From positions 1,426,001 through 1,490,000 of the forward strand of contig CM030338.1 in NCBI GenBank assembly GCA_017654855.1: a stretch of DNA of 64,000 bases, given 5' to 3'. Made by a program: the position numbers and the translations under genes. Numbering within the stretch: the first letter of the stretch is position 1; each line of letters starts with the position of its first letter. Under the pieces are notes generated by a model that did not search any database, was not told the DNA's origin, and saw only the letters and a list, made by a program, of their open reading frames with translations. This DNA is from Podospora anserina (lineage: Eukaryota). Shown here piece after piece: positions 46,126-59,209 of this stretch.

Positions 46126-47276
46126 ATCTCCTCCTCAACGGCACATGATCCCGTCCTCGCAATCTAAGCATGCCAGCGGAAAGCAACATTTGCCACGCGT
46201 CTTCAATACCTCTTTCTTCAGCCGGAGCTCAAAGTCGCAGCCAACCCAGTCAGACATCTTGGGCCACAAGCTGACAAACTCACTGCTACTTGCTGAAGAT
46301 CACCAGGACCCGTTTTCGACTTCAAGACCGAGGCTAACCCGGCTGTGCTCTCCTGTCTCGGTTCTAGAAAGCTGGAGTTGAAGCCGTAGCTTGAGAATGT
46401 CTGTCGACTCGGGCCCTCGATACTTTGAGCAGGTAGTGAATTACCACAATACCCAGAATAAACACTCCTTTATATGTCAAACAGATGGATAAACAATGCA
46501 ATCGAAAGCCCATAGGAACCCCTAGATCAAATGAAAATCACCGTAGAACAACTCAAAGCATACAACACAGCTAGCCTAAAAGTGTGTTGATGACAAAGAG
46601 TGCTTGCACACCGCCTAAAAGGTCCAACAAGGGTCCTGCCAGAAAGACACCAGGATGTGTATCTAAACTTTACACATAGGTATTACAATACAATAGCTGC
46701 AGTAAGAAAGTCGCAAGCAAAAAAGAAATACATAAAAAAAAAGAAAAAAGAAAGGCCGTAGAGGCAAAAACTCACCGGCCAGCTCCGTAGAGGTGGCCGT
46801 TTACGAAAACCTCGGTGGTTTTACTTCGGCTCGAACTCGGGGGCTATCGGTTGCAAGCCCCCGGCGGGGGGGGGGTAACAGCAGCTCTTCCACCTTGACC
46901 ATTTGTCCTGACCACAAGTGTGGCGCCCTGACCAAGATCTTCGAGCTGCTGTTGGAAGGTGGGTTGTGGACCTAACATATAAACCACTGGGTGCTCCTTC
47001 TATTCGGAGTGTTGTCGTGAGCTGCTCCTTCCTTGTGAGGCCTCGGCTTGGGAATGAGGCAGGTGCTTGGGTCACGAGGTAAACAAAGGCGAGTAGGCAA
47101 GAGCTATGAGCTTCTTCAGTCAAGGGCATGGGCTTGGTGAGATGAAAGTCAGGTTGGTAGATAAAAAGCCAAATATAACAGAGCTAAATAGACAAAGTTG
47201 CTTGTTATGACAGCCAGTACAACACCCAACATACACAAACATAACAACAACCTTTCCCATGTTGCAAACAGAGGAC

Positions 47277-50165
47277 TCAATCCTCATTAACACACTCCCA
47301 CCCTCCCTCCAACACCACCCCCCCATCACTCCAAACCTCAACCTGCACCCCCCCTTTCCCTCCCCCCCTCGACACCCCCCCAATCTGCTCCAACACAACC
47401 CACAACCCCCCCATCCTCCTCACCACCTCAGGGTCAACATCCACCTCCCCCTCATCCAACCCCAAAACCCCCCACTCCTGAGTAAACCCCCCCCCTTTAC
47501 TCTGTCCAACCACTCTCCTCCCCACTCCCGTCCCCAACTCCAGCTTCATCCTCAGTCCTCCCCCTCCATTCCCCGCCTCCCCCCCCGCAACCGCCGCCCT
47601 CGCAACAACACTCAACCTGGTCAACCTCCCAATCCCCACGCGTCCCCTCAACCTCTCCTCCCCATTCTTAAAAACCGCCACTTCCGGGAACACCGACCTC
47701 AGCTTCCCCGCCTGCGACGACATCACCTGCCCCACCACCACCCCTTCCACCTCCGTCGCCACCCTCAGCACAAACTTCCCTAGCTGGCCCGGTTCAAAAG
47801 TAGACAAGATGACCGTGTACGTCCCCGCCGCCAGAGGCTGCGACCCGTGAGTCTGGCAAAACGTCGCGCCTCGCTGGTATTCCGGTGATGACACCAGGAT
47901 ATCTCTGCCAGAGATGCTGGTTATATTTTTTGACGAGTAGATCAGCGCGATGTGAATTGGCAAGTCTTTCACATCTGTCGAGAGTAAAATGGACAGAGGG
48001 GTGGTTTGGGGAAGCGTGATGGAGTACTGCGGGTTGATGAAATAGGACGGGTGAGCCGCCGAGCCGCCTGAATTCCGCCGGTTCCAGGCGCCGGTGATGG
48101 TTTCGCTGTGGCTGAGCGGTTCAGGGGCTTGACGGATAGTCAAGGGCGAGTTGGAGAAGAAGGATAGGGTGAAGTTGTATGTTGGCAGCGGAAGCTCACC
48201 CTGGGCCACGACGAGGGTTTGGGGGTTGTTGGGAGTGGGATCGTAACGCAGCAATGTGTTGGGGCTGTCAACGTAGGGTCCCTGGTGGAGGCACCGGTGG
48301 TTTTCTGGCAGTGGGAGCCGGGTACCGGGCGGGAAGGCGGCAAAGATCGAGAGGGACATGAACCCGAGCTGCTTGGAGACATGAGCGAGGGAAGCGTTGT
48401 GGCGGTCTCGCTCGGCTTTTCGTTCTCGCAGGATTTCAAGCTCGCCATCTTGCCAGTGACGGCTCAGGAGGACCCATATGGGGCTGTTGGAAGAGGATAC
48501 CACGCTGTATTGCGGGTTCTTGGTGAAGACCAGCTCTTCTGTTGCGTCCGGCATGTCCCATTTGAAGTGGTGGTCTTGGCGGAACTGGAAGAGGTTTGGG
48601 TTCCAGTTGACGTAGAGAGAGTCAAAGTGCTGCAGAGCATCCTCAAAGGCCATCCAGAACTGGTTTGTTGCGTGCTCAGGTTTTGATCCCACGGTGTGCG
48701 TCTTGAGGGTTGCTGAAGACCCTACGCCTGTCCACACCAGGCTGTCAACCCAAGGGTTCTTGATCAGCAATGAACGACTGTTACCATCGCTTCGTACGTC
48801 AAGAACTGCATAGTCATGTTCCCTGACCAAACCCAGGGCCTCTTCTTCTTCTGGTGGGATATTCCCCGTCCCCAACGTCAAGATGGCGTTTCCATCATCG
48901 TATCCTTTCTTAATTCTGTCCCAGGTTTGGTCGAGCTCGATGTCATCACTTTGAACAGTTAGCATGACCACGCACTAATTAGCTGAGAAGTCATCTCACC
49001 TCTTCAGGAAGATCTGTTCTGGTATCCAACCAGTCAAGACATGCAAGTCTGTGCCGGAGTTGCTTCCGGGAAAGTCGTAGCCCCCGCGTATTTTCAGGTA
49101 TGCCTTCTCAACCAAGGCAGGCCATAATAGTTTAGGATTGCGCCGATCCACCACGTACAACGTCCGGTCCGTTGACGTAGCCGGGAGGCGGTCATCAACA
49201 GCAACAGAACGCCAGCATCCATTAAAGTTGAGACGAAAGAGATATGGGCCATTCTTAACAACCTTGGGACGCTTATGCTCATAGTCGAACGGATACATGA
49301 GCGAGGAAAGCAACTACCAACAAGCATCAGTACGCATGAATGATAATTACAGGAACGGTCGGATCCTCTTACAGAACCCTTCTCCGAGGTAAAGTGGGGA
49401 GAGGCAGCACACAAGCTGGCTACGACGGAACAATCCGTCGCCAAATCCTGGGCCAGGTCGATTGGGTTCTCAGCAGTCATCATCCATTCCAGATTGCCGT
49501 CGTCGACCCCGGGCACCAGTTCCAAAGGCCGTTTCCAACCAGAGAAGATGGCCCGCTGCTCGGGAGAGAGAGAAAAAGGCGTGGAATCACTTTCGATTGG
49601 ACAAGGACGAGTTAGCAACACCTTCCAGGGTCAGGTGTCAAGAGCAGCACGGCGCATGGTGCACCCACATATAGGGGTCGGGACTCTGGTTGAGGGATGT
49701 CCCTGAGAACACCTTGGATTCGGTGTCTGCCGTCCAAGGCGGAAAGATGAGGCCATGGAGCTTCGAAGACCTTAATAGAATAGTCCTTTCAGACGTGGAA
49801 AGGACGCGGGTGGATATGAGCTCAGGAGGTCGAGAGCTGAGGCCTGCTTGCTTCTCATTTGCCTTGATGGTCTCGCCAAGCTCAAGCAGATATGAGATCT
49901 TGTTACGAAGTTTAGCAGCGTCTACCCCTGGAGCCCCATTCTGGATGGCCTTCATGTAGAAGTCGGCAGCAGAGATGGCATGCTTCAAAGCATCCTTCCG
50001 CTTCCCGTCCATTAGAAGCGCTTCATATTGCTATTTAGGGAATCAGCCACGTTCTTGGTGAGCATGATGACAGGCAGTGTGTAGGAAGAGGGTCCGTCTC
50101 ACCAGCCCTTTCGCCTCATTCTGTCTATTTAGTGGACTGCTTCTGGAGTTCCAGTTCGCTGACAT
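47277..50165 (-). CDS. palB: Calpain-like cysteine protease PalB/Rim13 (ambient pH signalling); multi-exon
   Basis: Catalytic motifs LAQDLATDCSVVASLC, EHDYAVLD and LIKNPW; LWPALVEKAYLKIRGGYDFPGSNSGTDL; SSKLHGLIFPPW; C2-like domains (NPQY). First exon 50165-50103 inferred from splice signals. Confidence 0.92.
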
Positions 50166-51408
50166 TGCTACTTGGTTGTCAGAGTGAAGTCGTGTAACCA
50201 GTCAGTCGGGCAAGGAGTTTGACGACAAAGGGTGCGTATATGAGTGAATGTCGAGTCCTAGTTGAGTAGCGATCGCCAAGGCTCAATCGTATGTTCTATG
50301 GCCGCCCAATCACCACTGACAGATGCCGTCTGCGAGATCTGCGAGCAATTCGACGCGCTGCTACTCACTGCCGATAATCGAGCACCAGTGGGGTATGATA
50401 CCGAGTGTCTGTTCTGGGGTAAGTACCTCGATGACCAGTTACTAGCCACGCGGGGGTGGCTGGGTTATCCATCATGGACGTCTGAGGCTGAGCATTGAGA
50501 CTCCAAATACAGCAGTTCTCTCTCAAGCCATTACCCTCATATAAACCGCGGCTGCGCAACCCGTCTTCCGTGAAACATCTCATCAGCAGTCCCCCATCTC
50601 GAATCGCGAAACAAGCATCTCGTTCTTTTTGATCCGTCGCCAAGCTGCACTGGACGAACTAGGGTCTCCCAGTCGGCTGGTTCCGAGGCCGGTGCGGGGC
50701 GCCACACGATCTTATCAAAGCGATTCATCTACAACGTGATCCATGAGTCGGGGCCCGGGGGGTGGTGGAATGCATGTGTTTTGAGAAGCCAAGTCCCAAT
50801 CAACAATGGCATTCATCAGCCTGCCAGCGACAAGTCGATGGGATAAAGAACAGAAGGAATGCGGGGCTGAGGAGCGTCTTCCAGGCACTCGTATCGTTTG
50901 CCGCATTCAATTGGCGTTGCCCCGAGCACACAATCGCCAACCGAGGTTATCCGGTTCGGTAATCGACATCACGGGCTAAAAAGACACTGGGTCCCCCGCG
51001 GCCGGTGGACCGCACTTGCCGGATGCACCTCGGCGGCCTACAGCGTAAATACCATGGCCAGGCCCCCTATAACCTATTAGAGGTGTCCCTGTCGTCACTT
51101 TTTTGTCGTCGTCGTCATCTTCACCATTGCCATTGCCTTGCGTGCGTGTTGTATATCTGGTTTTGCTATTCATTCAATCTCGCAGGCGGACGTCCCCAAC
51201 ATTCGAATTACTTGCCGAGCCCATCTGCCGTCATCGCGATTCGCAGATAGCCAACCACCTGGAAATCATCCACCGGCCGATATCGATATACACCTTTTTG
51301 TGACGTATCCACTTATCGCGAACGACAGCGCAACCACCGGAGGAGTTGCATTCAGGTTGTAAGGAGAGCCCTCTTTCGAGGTGCAAGGAGTAAACGAGAA
51401 ATCACACA

Positions 51409-52613
51409 ATGGGTGCTCAGTCAAAGCCCGCCCCAATTGGGCCCTGGGGTCTTGCGACAGCAGGCGCTGCCGGTGCTGTGTTTGCCAACACGCTGGTGTA
51501 TCCTCTCGATCTGTATGTTTGATATGCAGCCTGATCGGCCAAGAGGTTCTGGGGAATCCATTTGCTAATCTACCATCCATGCTGTAGCGTCAAGACCAAA
51601 CTCCAGGTGCAAGTAAAGGCCAACTCCGAGAAGGGCGAGGGCGCCTCCGATGAGCCGCACTACAAGTCATCATGGGACGCTATCTCCAGGATTGCTTCCG
51701 CTGAAGGAATTCAGGGTCTCTATGCCGGTATGGCTGGATCGCTGCTTGGTGTCGCTTCTACCAACTTTGCCTACTTCTACTGGCATTCGACTGTTCGCAC
51801 TCTGTACCTCAAGCACAGCAAGCACACGGGGCCCACCTCGACCATCACCGAACTCTCCATCGGTGCTGTTGCAGGCGCGCTTGCTCAGCTCTTCACCATC
51901 CCAGTCGCAGTCATCACCACTCGGCAACAGACGCAAAACAAGGAGGACAGAAAGGGTTTCTTCGACACTGCGAAGGAGGTTATTGAGGGCGAGGATGGCG
52001 TCTGTGGGTTGTGGAGGGGTTTAAAGGCGAGTTTGGTGCTGGTCGTCAACCCGTCCATCACATATGGTGCCTATGAAAGGTTAAAGGAGACTCTGTTTGC
52101 CGGCAAGAAGAACCTTTCTCCCATGGAGGCATTCGGTAAGTTCGAGAATATGACCCCTTTTGATGTTGGATATTTCTAATCTCACTACCCCAGCCCTCGG
52201 TGCCATGTCCAAGGCTCTCGCCACTATTGTTACTCAGCCCCTTATCGTTGCCAAGGTCGGCTTGCAGTCTAAGCCGCCAGCGATTCGTCAGGGCAAGCCA
52301 TTCAAGAGCTTCGTCGAGGTGATGCAGTTCATCATCCAGAACGAAGGAGCTCTGGGTCTCTTCAAGGGCATCGGACCCCAGATTCTCAAGGGCCTGCTGG
52401 TTCAGGGCATCTTGATGATGACCAAGGAACGGTGCGTTCGCCCTCCATTACCAGACATGCTGCATGCTTTGAGACTGACCTTATTCTCACAGTGTCGAGC
52501 TTCTTTTCATTCTTTTCCTCCGTTACATTCAGCTTGTGCGTTCCAAGCAGCTCAGAAGGTCTGCTGACCTGACTGCGGCAGCCAAGCTTGTTTCACCTGT
52601 GACTGTGAAATAA
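51409..52613 (+). CDS. ANT1: Peroxisomal adenine nucleotide transporter Ant1 (mitochondrial carrier family); 4 exons
   Basis: MGAQSKPAPIGPWG...AGAAGAVFANTLVYPLD|LVKTKLQVQ, GVASTNFAYFYW, LFTIPVAVITTRQQT, GLKASLVLVVNPSITYGAYE, SKALATIVTQPLIVAK, KGIGPQILKG. Confidence 0.9.
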
Positions 52614-53073
52614 ACAAAGTTCAAGCCGATTGCGGCATAAATTACAGAAGAATACCCATATCGCCAACATGGCGAGGCCTGAGATGTTATGAGCGGGGGC
52701 GCTTGAGTAGAGGACGAAGGAGAGGGACATTTTGTATATAAGAACGCCATATAGATAGGTCATATCTGAGAATAATGATTGCAATGTGTTATGTTAAGCT
52801 CAAGCCTCATACATGAAAGTGAAAGTATCAGTTGAACTGGGCAGTTGCAATGAGATGAGCTCATGCCTTTGGCGGTTGGCGGGAGCTGTCCGGGCCCGCC
52901 AAGAAAGCTACGCACGGGGCAGCCACACACTCCAGCCCCGCATGAGCCACACCCACCAGATTAGGGCAATCCAAATTTCTCCCACTTTTTGTGTGCAGAG
53001 CTACGCACCTACCTTGCACCCCGACTTCCCAGACCTTAGCAACCGTCCACCATCTGAGTCGACATCCTTCACA

Positions 53074-53471
53074 ATGGCCAGTACGTAACTTCTCGAAATG
53101 CTGCCGGTCCTCAGAGACAGAAATACTGACTGAATCGATTCCAGAGTCCAAGAACTCGTCTCAGCACAACCAGTCGCGCAAGGCGCACCGGAACGGGTAC
53201 GACGAATCGAACGCCGACCGAGCAGAGCAGAACGAACGGAGGGCTAACTCGAGATAATACTGCAGTATCAAGAAGCCCAAGACTTCCAGATACCCCTCCC
53301 TCAAGGGTACCGACCCCAAGTTCCGGAGAAACCACAGACATGCTCTCCACGGCACCGCCAAGGCTCTTGTACGCACTCCGAGCACACACCGACGACCCCC
53401 TCATCGAGAAACACGGCCGCTAACGATTTCTACAGAAGGAGTTCAAGGAGGGCAAGCGGGAGACTGCTTAA
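53074..53471 (+). CDS. RPL29: 60S ribosomal protein eL29, 65 aa; exons 53074-53080, 53145-53196, 53266-53368, 53436-53471
   Basis: Spliced product [65 protein letters not shown]; exon lengths sum to 198 nt; GTACG...AG introns with branch sites. Confidence 0.96.
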
Positions 53472-54128
53472 TTTCCCTATTTCAGCGCGCACGGGTAGGG
53501 ACGACCATCTTCGGGCATGATCATTACGAAGGAATTCTGCGGTTACTTGATTTGCACCGCTATTGGGCCGGCTTTTCGAGGTGTTATCTAGGGCGTCATT
53601 TTATCTACCAACGGAATACATTGGCCTCTGGAAGAGGCGGACCTGCCGGGGCGCATCCCTCCATCAATGCTGCTCTCCTCTTGGCTATCAGTGGTGACGG
53701 GAGATCATCATGAACGAGCATGTGTTCTCGGGCAAGACATCCCAATGACGAAACGACCGAACCGGCCACCATCACCCATTCATTCCCCTTCCCCTTCCCG
53801 ATATCTTGGGCTTCACAACCTCGAGATATCAAAACGGCATTAGTGTGTACAGCTCTGAGTCTACTACCCGTACTCTTTTAGCTGAAGGATAATTCTTCGT
53901 GCCAAGATCAAATCCCATGCCTGGCTATTACCAAACACCTCTGTCTGCCACATAGACTCAAGGTGCATGAAAGCCAGTCAACATTTCTTCCAGACATGAT
54001 CCCTTTGCTTATGTCCAGATGACGATCTCACTTCCACGATTTGGAAGCTTTGCACTACTCCTGTGGTGAGGGGCAACTGCTTTCTTGGTCTGCGGAACGG
54101 TGTGCCACTAGCTATTTCAACGCTTATA

Positions 54129-54196
54129 TGCTCTTCTCCAGAGTGCTCTTCTCCAGAGTGCTCTTCTCCAGAGTGCTCTGCTCTGAGTGCTCTCAG
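54129..54196. repeat. 15-bp minisatellite (TGCTCTTCTCCAGAG)x3 plus two degenerate copies
   Basis: Direct reading. Confidence 0.85.
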
Positions 54197-55133
54197 TGGC
54201 AGATACGAGATGCTGATCGCAAACTGAGCCGCTTTACTGCATAGTCCGTTTGTTTGACATTCTGACTTGGAGTGGCCGAGTATGACGATGTCAGACTGAT
54301 CCTTTTGCCACCAGGTTCCTAACACCAGATACACTAGCAACAATAAATAAACAGCATGTTTTCTAAGACTGGCTCAGGATGACCTTGACATGTCTTGTGA
54401 CCTCTCAACACATCTGATCAGTAGAACATTGGAACAAGAGTGGCCTGTCGTCCCATGTGGAATGTGTCACCCCTGGCGGCTGCGGAAGCCGACAGCCGTG
54501 GGTGAGGTGCAGAGAGGCGAACGGCACGGTGATGTTAGGGGGCGGGGTTTAGGTAGCGGGTTCCACTGCAACCCCTTTTTGTGTCCCAAGGCTGAAGCTC
54601 AACGAGGAGTCCAATGCGCTGAGGGGCTTGCGGTTGCTCTGGTGGATGGATGCACAGCGCAATGTCAGTTGATTTCTAGGTAATGTAGTGGATGGTGGAG
54701 ATGATGCGGAAGACTCCTAGATATCCACCCCCAGCAGATTGTCAACAGTACGAATGGGGTGTCCCCAAACAACCCAAGAATCCCCCAAGAAAAAGACATG
54801 TTTTACCACTGACAGGGCGCTCCATTGTTGGTGGGTTAGTGGATTTGGAAGAACTGGAGAAGCAGTCGGTAACGCCGGGGCTGGGTGGAGGTCAGGGACG
54901 TTTCAAGAATCAACGGCCAGCTTTTATTAGTTAGCGAGGCTCAGCGCGCTAACGGCTGACTTTCTCACACTTTATAGCCAGCTCTTGGCTCTCCCTTCCC
55001 TTTCCACCACCTCTTCTGAGTCCTGATCAGGTTCTCTTCCTGCCTGTCGTGTCGTCGTCCCTTCACCTTGCGGAACCACCTTCCTCGCTGCTGGGCCAGG
55101 TTCCTCTTTTTTGGTCGGGTTGTTATTTTATTA

Positions 55134-56022
55134 ATGGGTACGTAAGACTTCTCCAGCTCTTTGCGACATTGGATGGCATTGTTCTCGGGGTGCTCTGGCT
55201 GCTATTGTTCCTGTTGCTCAGGGGGCCACCAGCCTCAACGGAGAATGGACTGGACGAGATGGCAACAAACCACCCCCCTTCCGCTTTGTCGTCGGGTCTA
55301 TTTTCTCCTGACAGCTGGAGTCTGTTGTTCATCCCGCGCTCCTGCCTTTGAAGCTGCACACCGCTTGCCATGTAATACGGCCGTTGGTTGCTTCTTGCCT
55401 TGGCCTCTCCGCTCTTTCTTCGAGGGCTGTGTTCGAGTATTTATCGAGGGTCTGAAGAGGCCCAGTGCACTGGTTTCCTTTCAACAACCAAACAAACGGC
55501 ATCCAGTATCATTATCGATTACTGACATGGTCTCTACAGCTCGCGCAGTCTAACACCGCTTCTTTCGCGATATTTCGATCCTCCTTTGAGGCCAGCGGGT
55601 TACTGCAGGAGAGCTTTCGAAAGTCTTTTCGCGCCTTTTCCAAAATCGCCCTCTTTCGCTCCCGACTTCGAAAGTCGCTCGAACGCCGAGTCTAATAGCC
55701 ACACAACCTAATCACGCCGAACGCATCTTTATCTGCCCTTGGTACGTCTGACGTGGTCAAAAAAAACCTACAGCATAAAGCAAACTCCTTCGAGAAAATC
55801 ACGAAACAATTCTTGGCTGCCCGTGCCCACCCCCACGGGCCACTGATCTACAAGGACCCTGCTAATACATCAGCAGCCGCGAGCTCTGTTTCATCCTGGC
55901 AACTGGCACCGAGCAGTCTTTGGAGAAGTTACTCTGATTCTTCCACTCTCTTGACTTGGGACCATAGTCTTCTCCAACATATTTAAGCCGCCGACAATTG
56001 CATACCGGTAGCTTCCGCGAGC
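55134..56022 (+). promoter_or_regulatory. Probable long spliced 5' leader of VTS1 (introns 55138-55539 and ~55742-55873) with a spliced uORF MARAV*
   Basis: ATGG|GTACGT...TACTGAC...CAG|CTCGCGCAGTCTAA; second GTACGT...GCTAAT...CAG pair; in-frame stop at 55984 excludes an N-terminal extension. Confidence 0.5.
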
Positions 56023-57971
56023 ATGCTCAATATGTCCAACATTATGAGCAACCGCAACAGCACGCCCGAGGCGTCCAACGTCTCATCGCTGCGCCCCCCT
56101 TCTTCGAGGGCCGTTGGCGCGAACCCCCACCCTCTTCGTGCCTCTGCCGATATCTCTACTCTGAGCAACCAGGCCGCCGCCGCCCGCATCCGCCCCTCGT
56201 CGGACTTTTATGGTCAGGTTCAGGGCGGACAGGGCCAAGGTGCTGCTGAGTTGGATCCCCAGGATAAGCTTACCCAGCAATGGATTGCCGATATCGACCA
56301 GTATGAGAACACTCTCGAGGAGATGGCTGCTGCCACCTTGGACCAGGACTTCAAGGATGAGCTCAGCGCCATTGAACAGTGGTTCCAGGTCCTGAGCGAG
56401 GCTGAGCGTACTGCGGCTCTCTACGCCCTCCTTCAGCAAACCACCCAGGTTCAAATTCGCTTCTTTATCCAGGTATTGCAGCAGATGGGAAAGAACCACC
56501 CCATGTCGGGCGTTCTTTCCCCCGCCAACTTTGACAAAGGTGAGTTTGATTGCGGAATAGGGGAATGTGTGACCTGAACTGTGCCTGATTAAATACTCTG
56601 ATTCCAGATCCCATGTCCAACCGCTTGAGCGATGCTATGAGCAAGCTCAATGTAGACTCGGCTCGCAACTCGATGGCCCGCGCGAGCCCCGCTGCGAAGC
56701 GTCAGTCTGGTCTCGACCCCAGCACGATCAATGCCATGTTTCCCGATGCCGCCGCCGCCATTGCGACTGAGAAGGCCAAGTTCACTCAGCAGACGGGCCA
56801 GCCCCCCTCCACCCGCAACAGCCTTGTGGACAACCGCAATTCGCTTGCGGCCCCCACCATCTCGGCCCCCGCCGAGGACCCCAACGGACAGAATCCTGCT
56901 TCTCCTTGGGGTCCCAACGATGCGAACCGGCCCAAATCGTCTTCTGCTGGGCAGCCGCCGATGGGCCAGTTCGTTCAGCCCCCTCCCTCGAGCGGTGCTC
57001 TTCGTTCACCTCGCCCCAATATCACTGGAAACACCAACATTCAGTCTACCACCTTGACGACCGGTGACAAGGGTGTTGGTGATTTGCCCCTGCTTTCTCC
57101 TTATACCGCCAGCGGCAACTGGGCGTCCATGGTCAACACTCCGATGGTGCCCACCTTCAATCAGGGCGGTAACAACGCCGATATGGTGGCCAACGCCACA
57201 GCCATGAAGCTGGCTGCGCTTTCTACCGTGAACAACCGGTTCGCGCTGGATGATGTGCGCAAGTATCGTCGTGCCCGATCCAATGATCCGGATCCGGGCC
57301 AGAACCCGCTTTCTCCTGGTCTTCCCAGCATCCCCGGTGCCATCATGGTCAGCCAGCATGGCGGTGGCATGGCTTTGGGCCGGGATGGTATGTTGAACCT
57401 TCAGCAGCCGCAACAGGGCATGGGCTTTGTCAACCACCGGTCTCGTCCCAACTCGCCCGGCGTTCCCCTGCAGAACTCGTATGTTCCGGCCATGGCATTT
57501 GCCTCGCCGCAGAACAATGGATTCTTGAGCGCCTATGATGGGTCGGCTGGGCTTATGAACAATGGACTGGCTCCAAACTTCCCACCCCACATTCAGGTCG
57601 GATTTGAGGGCGGCGGTTACCACTCTGATCACTCTGATATGGTCCGCGGCCGCTCTCCGCGTGGTCGGAGAGGCACCTCGAAGCCCCCTGAGGATCCCAC
57701 CGACCCCACTCTTTTGCAGGACATCCCGAGCTGGCTACGGAGCCTTCGTCTGCACAAGTACACGGATAACCTCAAGGACATGAAATGGACAGACCTTATT
57801 GAATTGGACGACAAGCAACTGGAGGAGCGCGGCGTCAATGCACTGGGTGCTAGACGCAAGATGCTCAAGGTCTTTGAGCAGGTCAAGGGTAAGTGTTTTT
57901 TTATACTGACTACAAGATCAATGCTAACTGGTTCTGCAGAGGCCAAAAACGAGGGCAAGTTGTCGAGCTAG
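56023..57971 (+). CDS. VTS1: SAM-domain RNA-binding protein Vts1 (Smaug homologue); introns 56540-56608 and 57889-57939
   Basis: [42 protein letters not shown]...QIRFF; SAM domain [18 protein letters not shown]...[20 protein letters not shown]. Confidence 0.94.
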
Positions 57972-59209
57972 ATGCGAGGCGACCATGAATGAACAGATGA
58001 AGCAGACGAAAGACAGCGAAGACACCACGCAGAGCGAAAGCATCACAGAATACATCATGGTGTAGAGGGGACGGCTAATAACTAGTGATTCTTTTCGTGC
58101 CTTGGGTTTTTTCACACGAAGATTGGGAAAAGCACATGGATATATGGCGGCACTATCTCAAGCGTTACATGCCGGTGCTGTTCCTTGGCCGAATCTGATC
58201 CTTTCTTTTTTTTCTTTTTCTCGAGGCACGATTGGACATGTTGATATGTTTTTGTATGAGCGGGATGAGATACATGGTCTGGGGGGTAGTTTGGGCGGGT
58301 AGCGTGTTGCGAGGCTACCTTGATATATCTATAGGTGTTGGTGCGGTGAATTGATCAGTTTTTCTGAGTCGAGACTTGAGAATGTCTTGTTTGCTGTGTT
58401 GTGACTAGTTAACGGGGCATGTCTGCTGACTGGGATATCTTGGGTGTATATTTAGACTATTCTATTCTACCAACGAGCATACCATCTTCAGCAGCATTAT
58501 CAGCCCTGGGCCCGTATTTTCCAATGACAAAGTCGCAACCAAACTCGAGGAAGAAGCTAAGGCCATTCCCATTTTCAACCACCACAATGGGCCACCCATT
58601 CAACCTCCCATCGTTCAAAATCATGCCCAAAATCTTGTTCCTCCAATCACGTGCTACATCACGTGAATACATCACAATGCACGGTCCAACCCTCATATGC
58701 TCACAACTTTTGGATGGCGCCGCACTGTGCGGTTAGCTGCAGCCTCGAATTTCGAGTTGCTCTTATTCATGAGAGTGTGAACTTGATCCTCAAAGTTTGC
58801 GACTTTCTCAGCCAAAGTTTACGACAGTCAAGAAGTAATAGACTCTTCAAACTCAATATCTGTTTCTGAGATTTCTCAACATTGCCGGGCTTCCTTACTG
58901 GATATCTCGACACATGACCAAAAGAGGAAAATTTCAGCCTTGCAAGTCGCTGAGAGAAGGGGGTCGTCGTTCCTGCTTCAAGTGGGTGAGAAGGAGGGGG
59001 ATATTGAAGATTTGGTGGGATGGAGGGGGACGAGGGACGCGTTTAATCTGGTTACCCCGCGATTGAGCAGAGAGAGAGAAAGTTTTCATCGACTTTGACA
59101 GTGGTTTCGAGTTTTGTTGCAAGTCGTTGATCTCACTACTCTTCATTCACCTCCACCACGCTTTACTCACGATAAGGAAGCACGACTACACACATCACAA
59201 CTATCCAAG

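Noticed and set aside
55880-55910. Two CTGGC motifs as Vts1/Smaug recognition elements (autoregulation)
   Set aside because: The flanks do not form the required stem around the CNGG loop.
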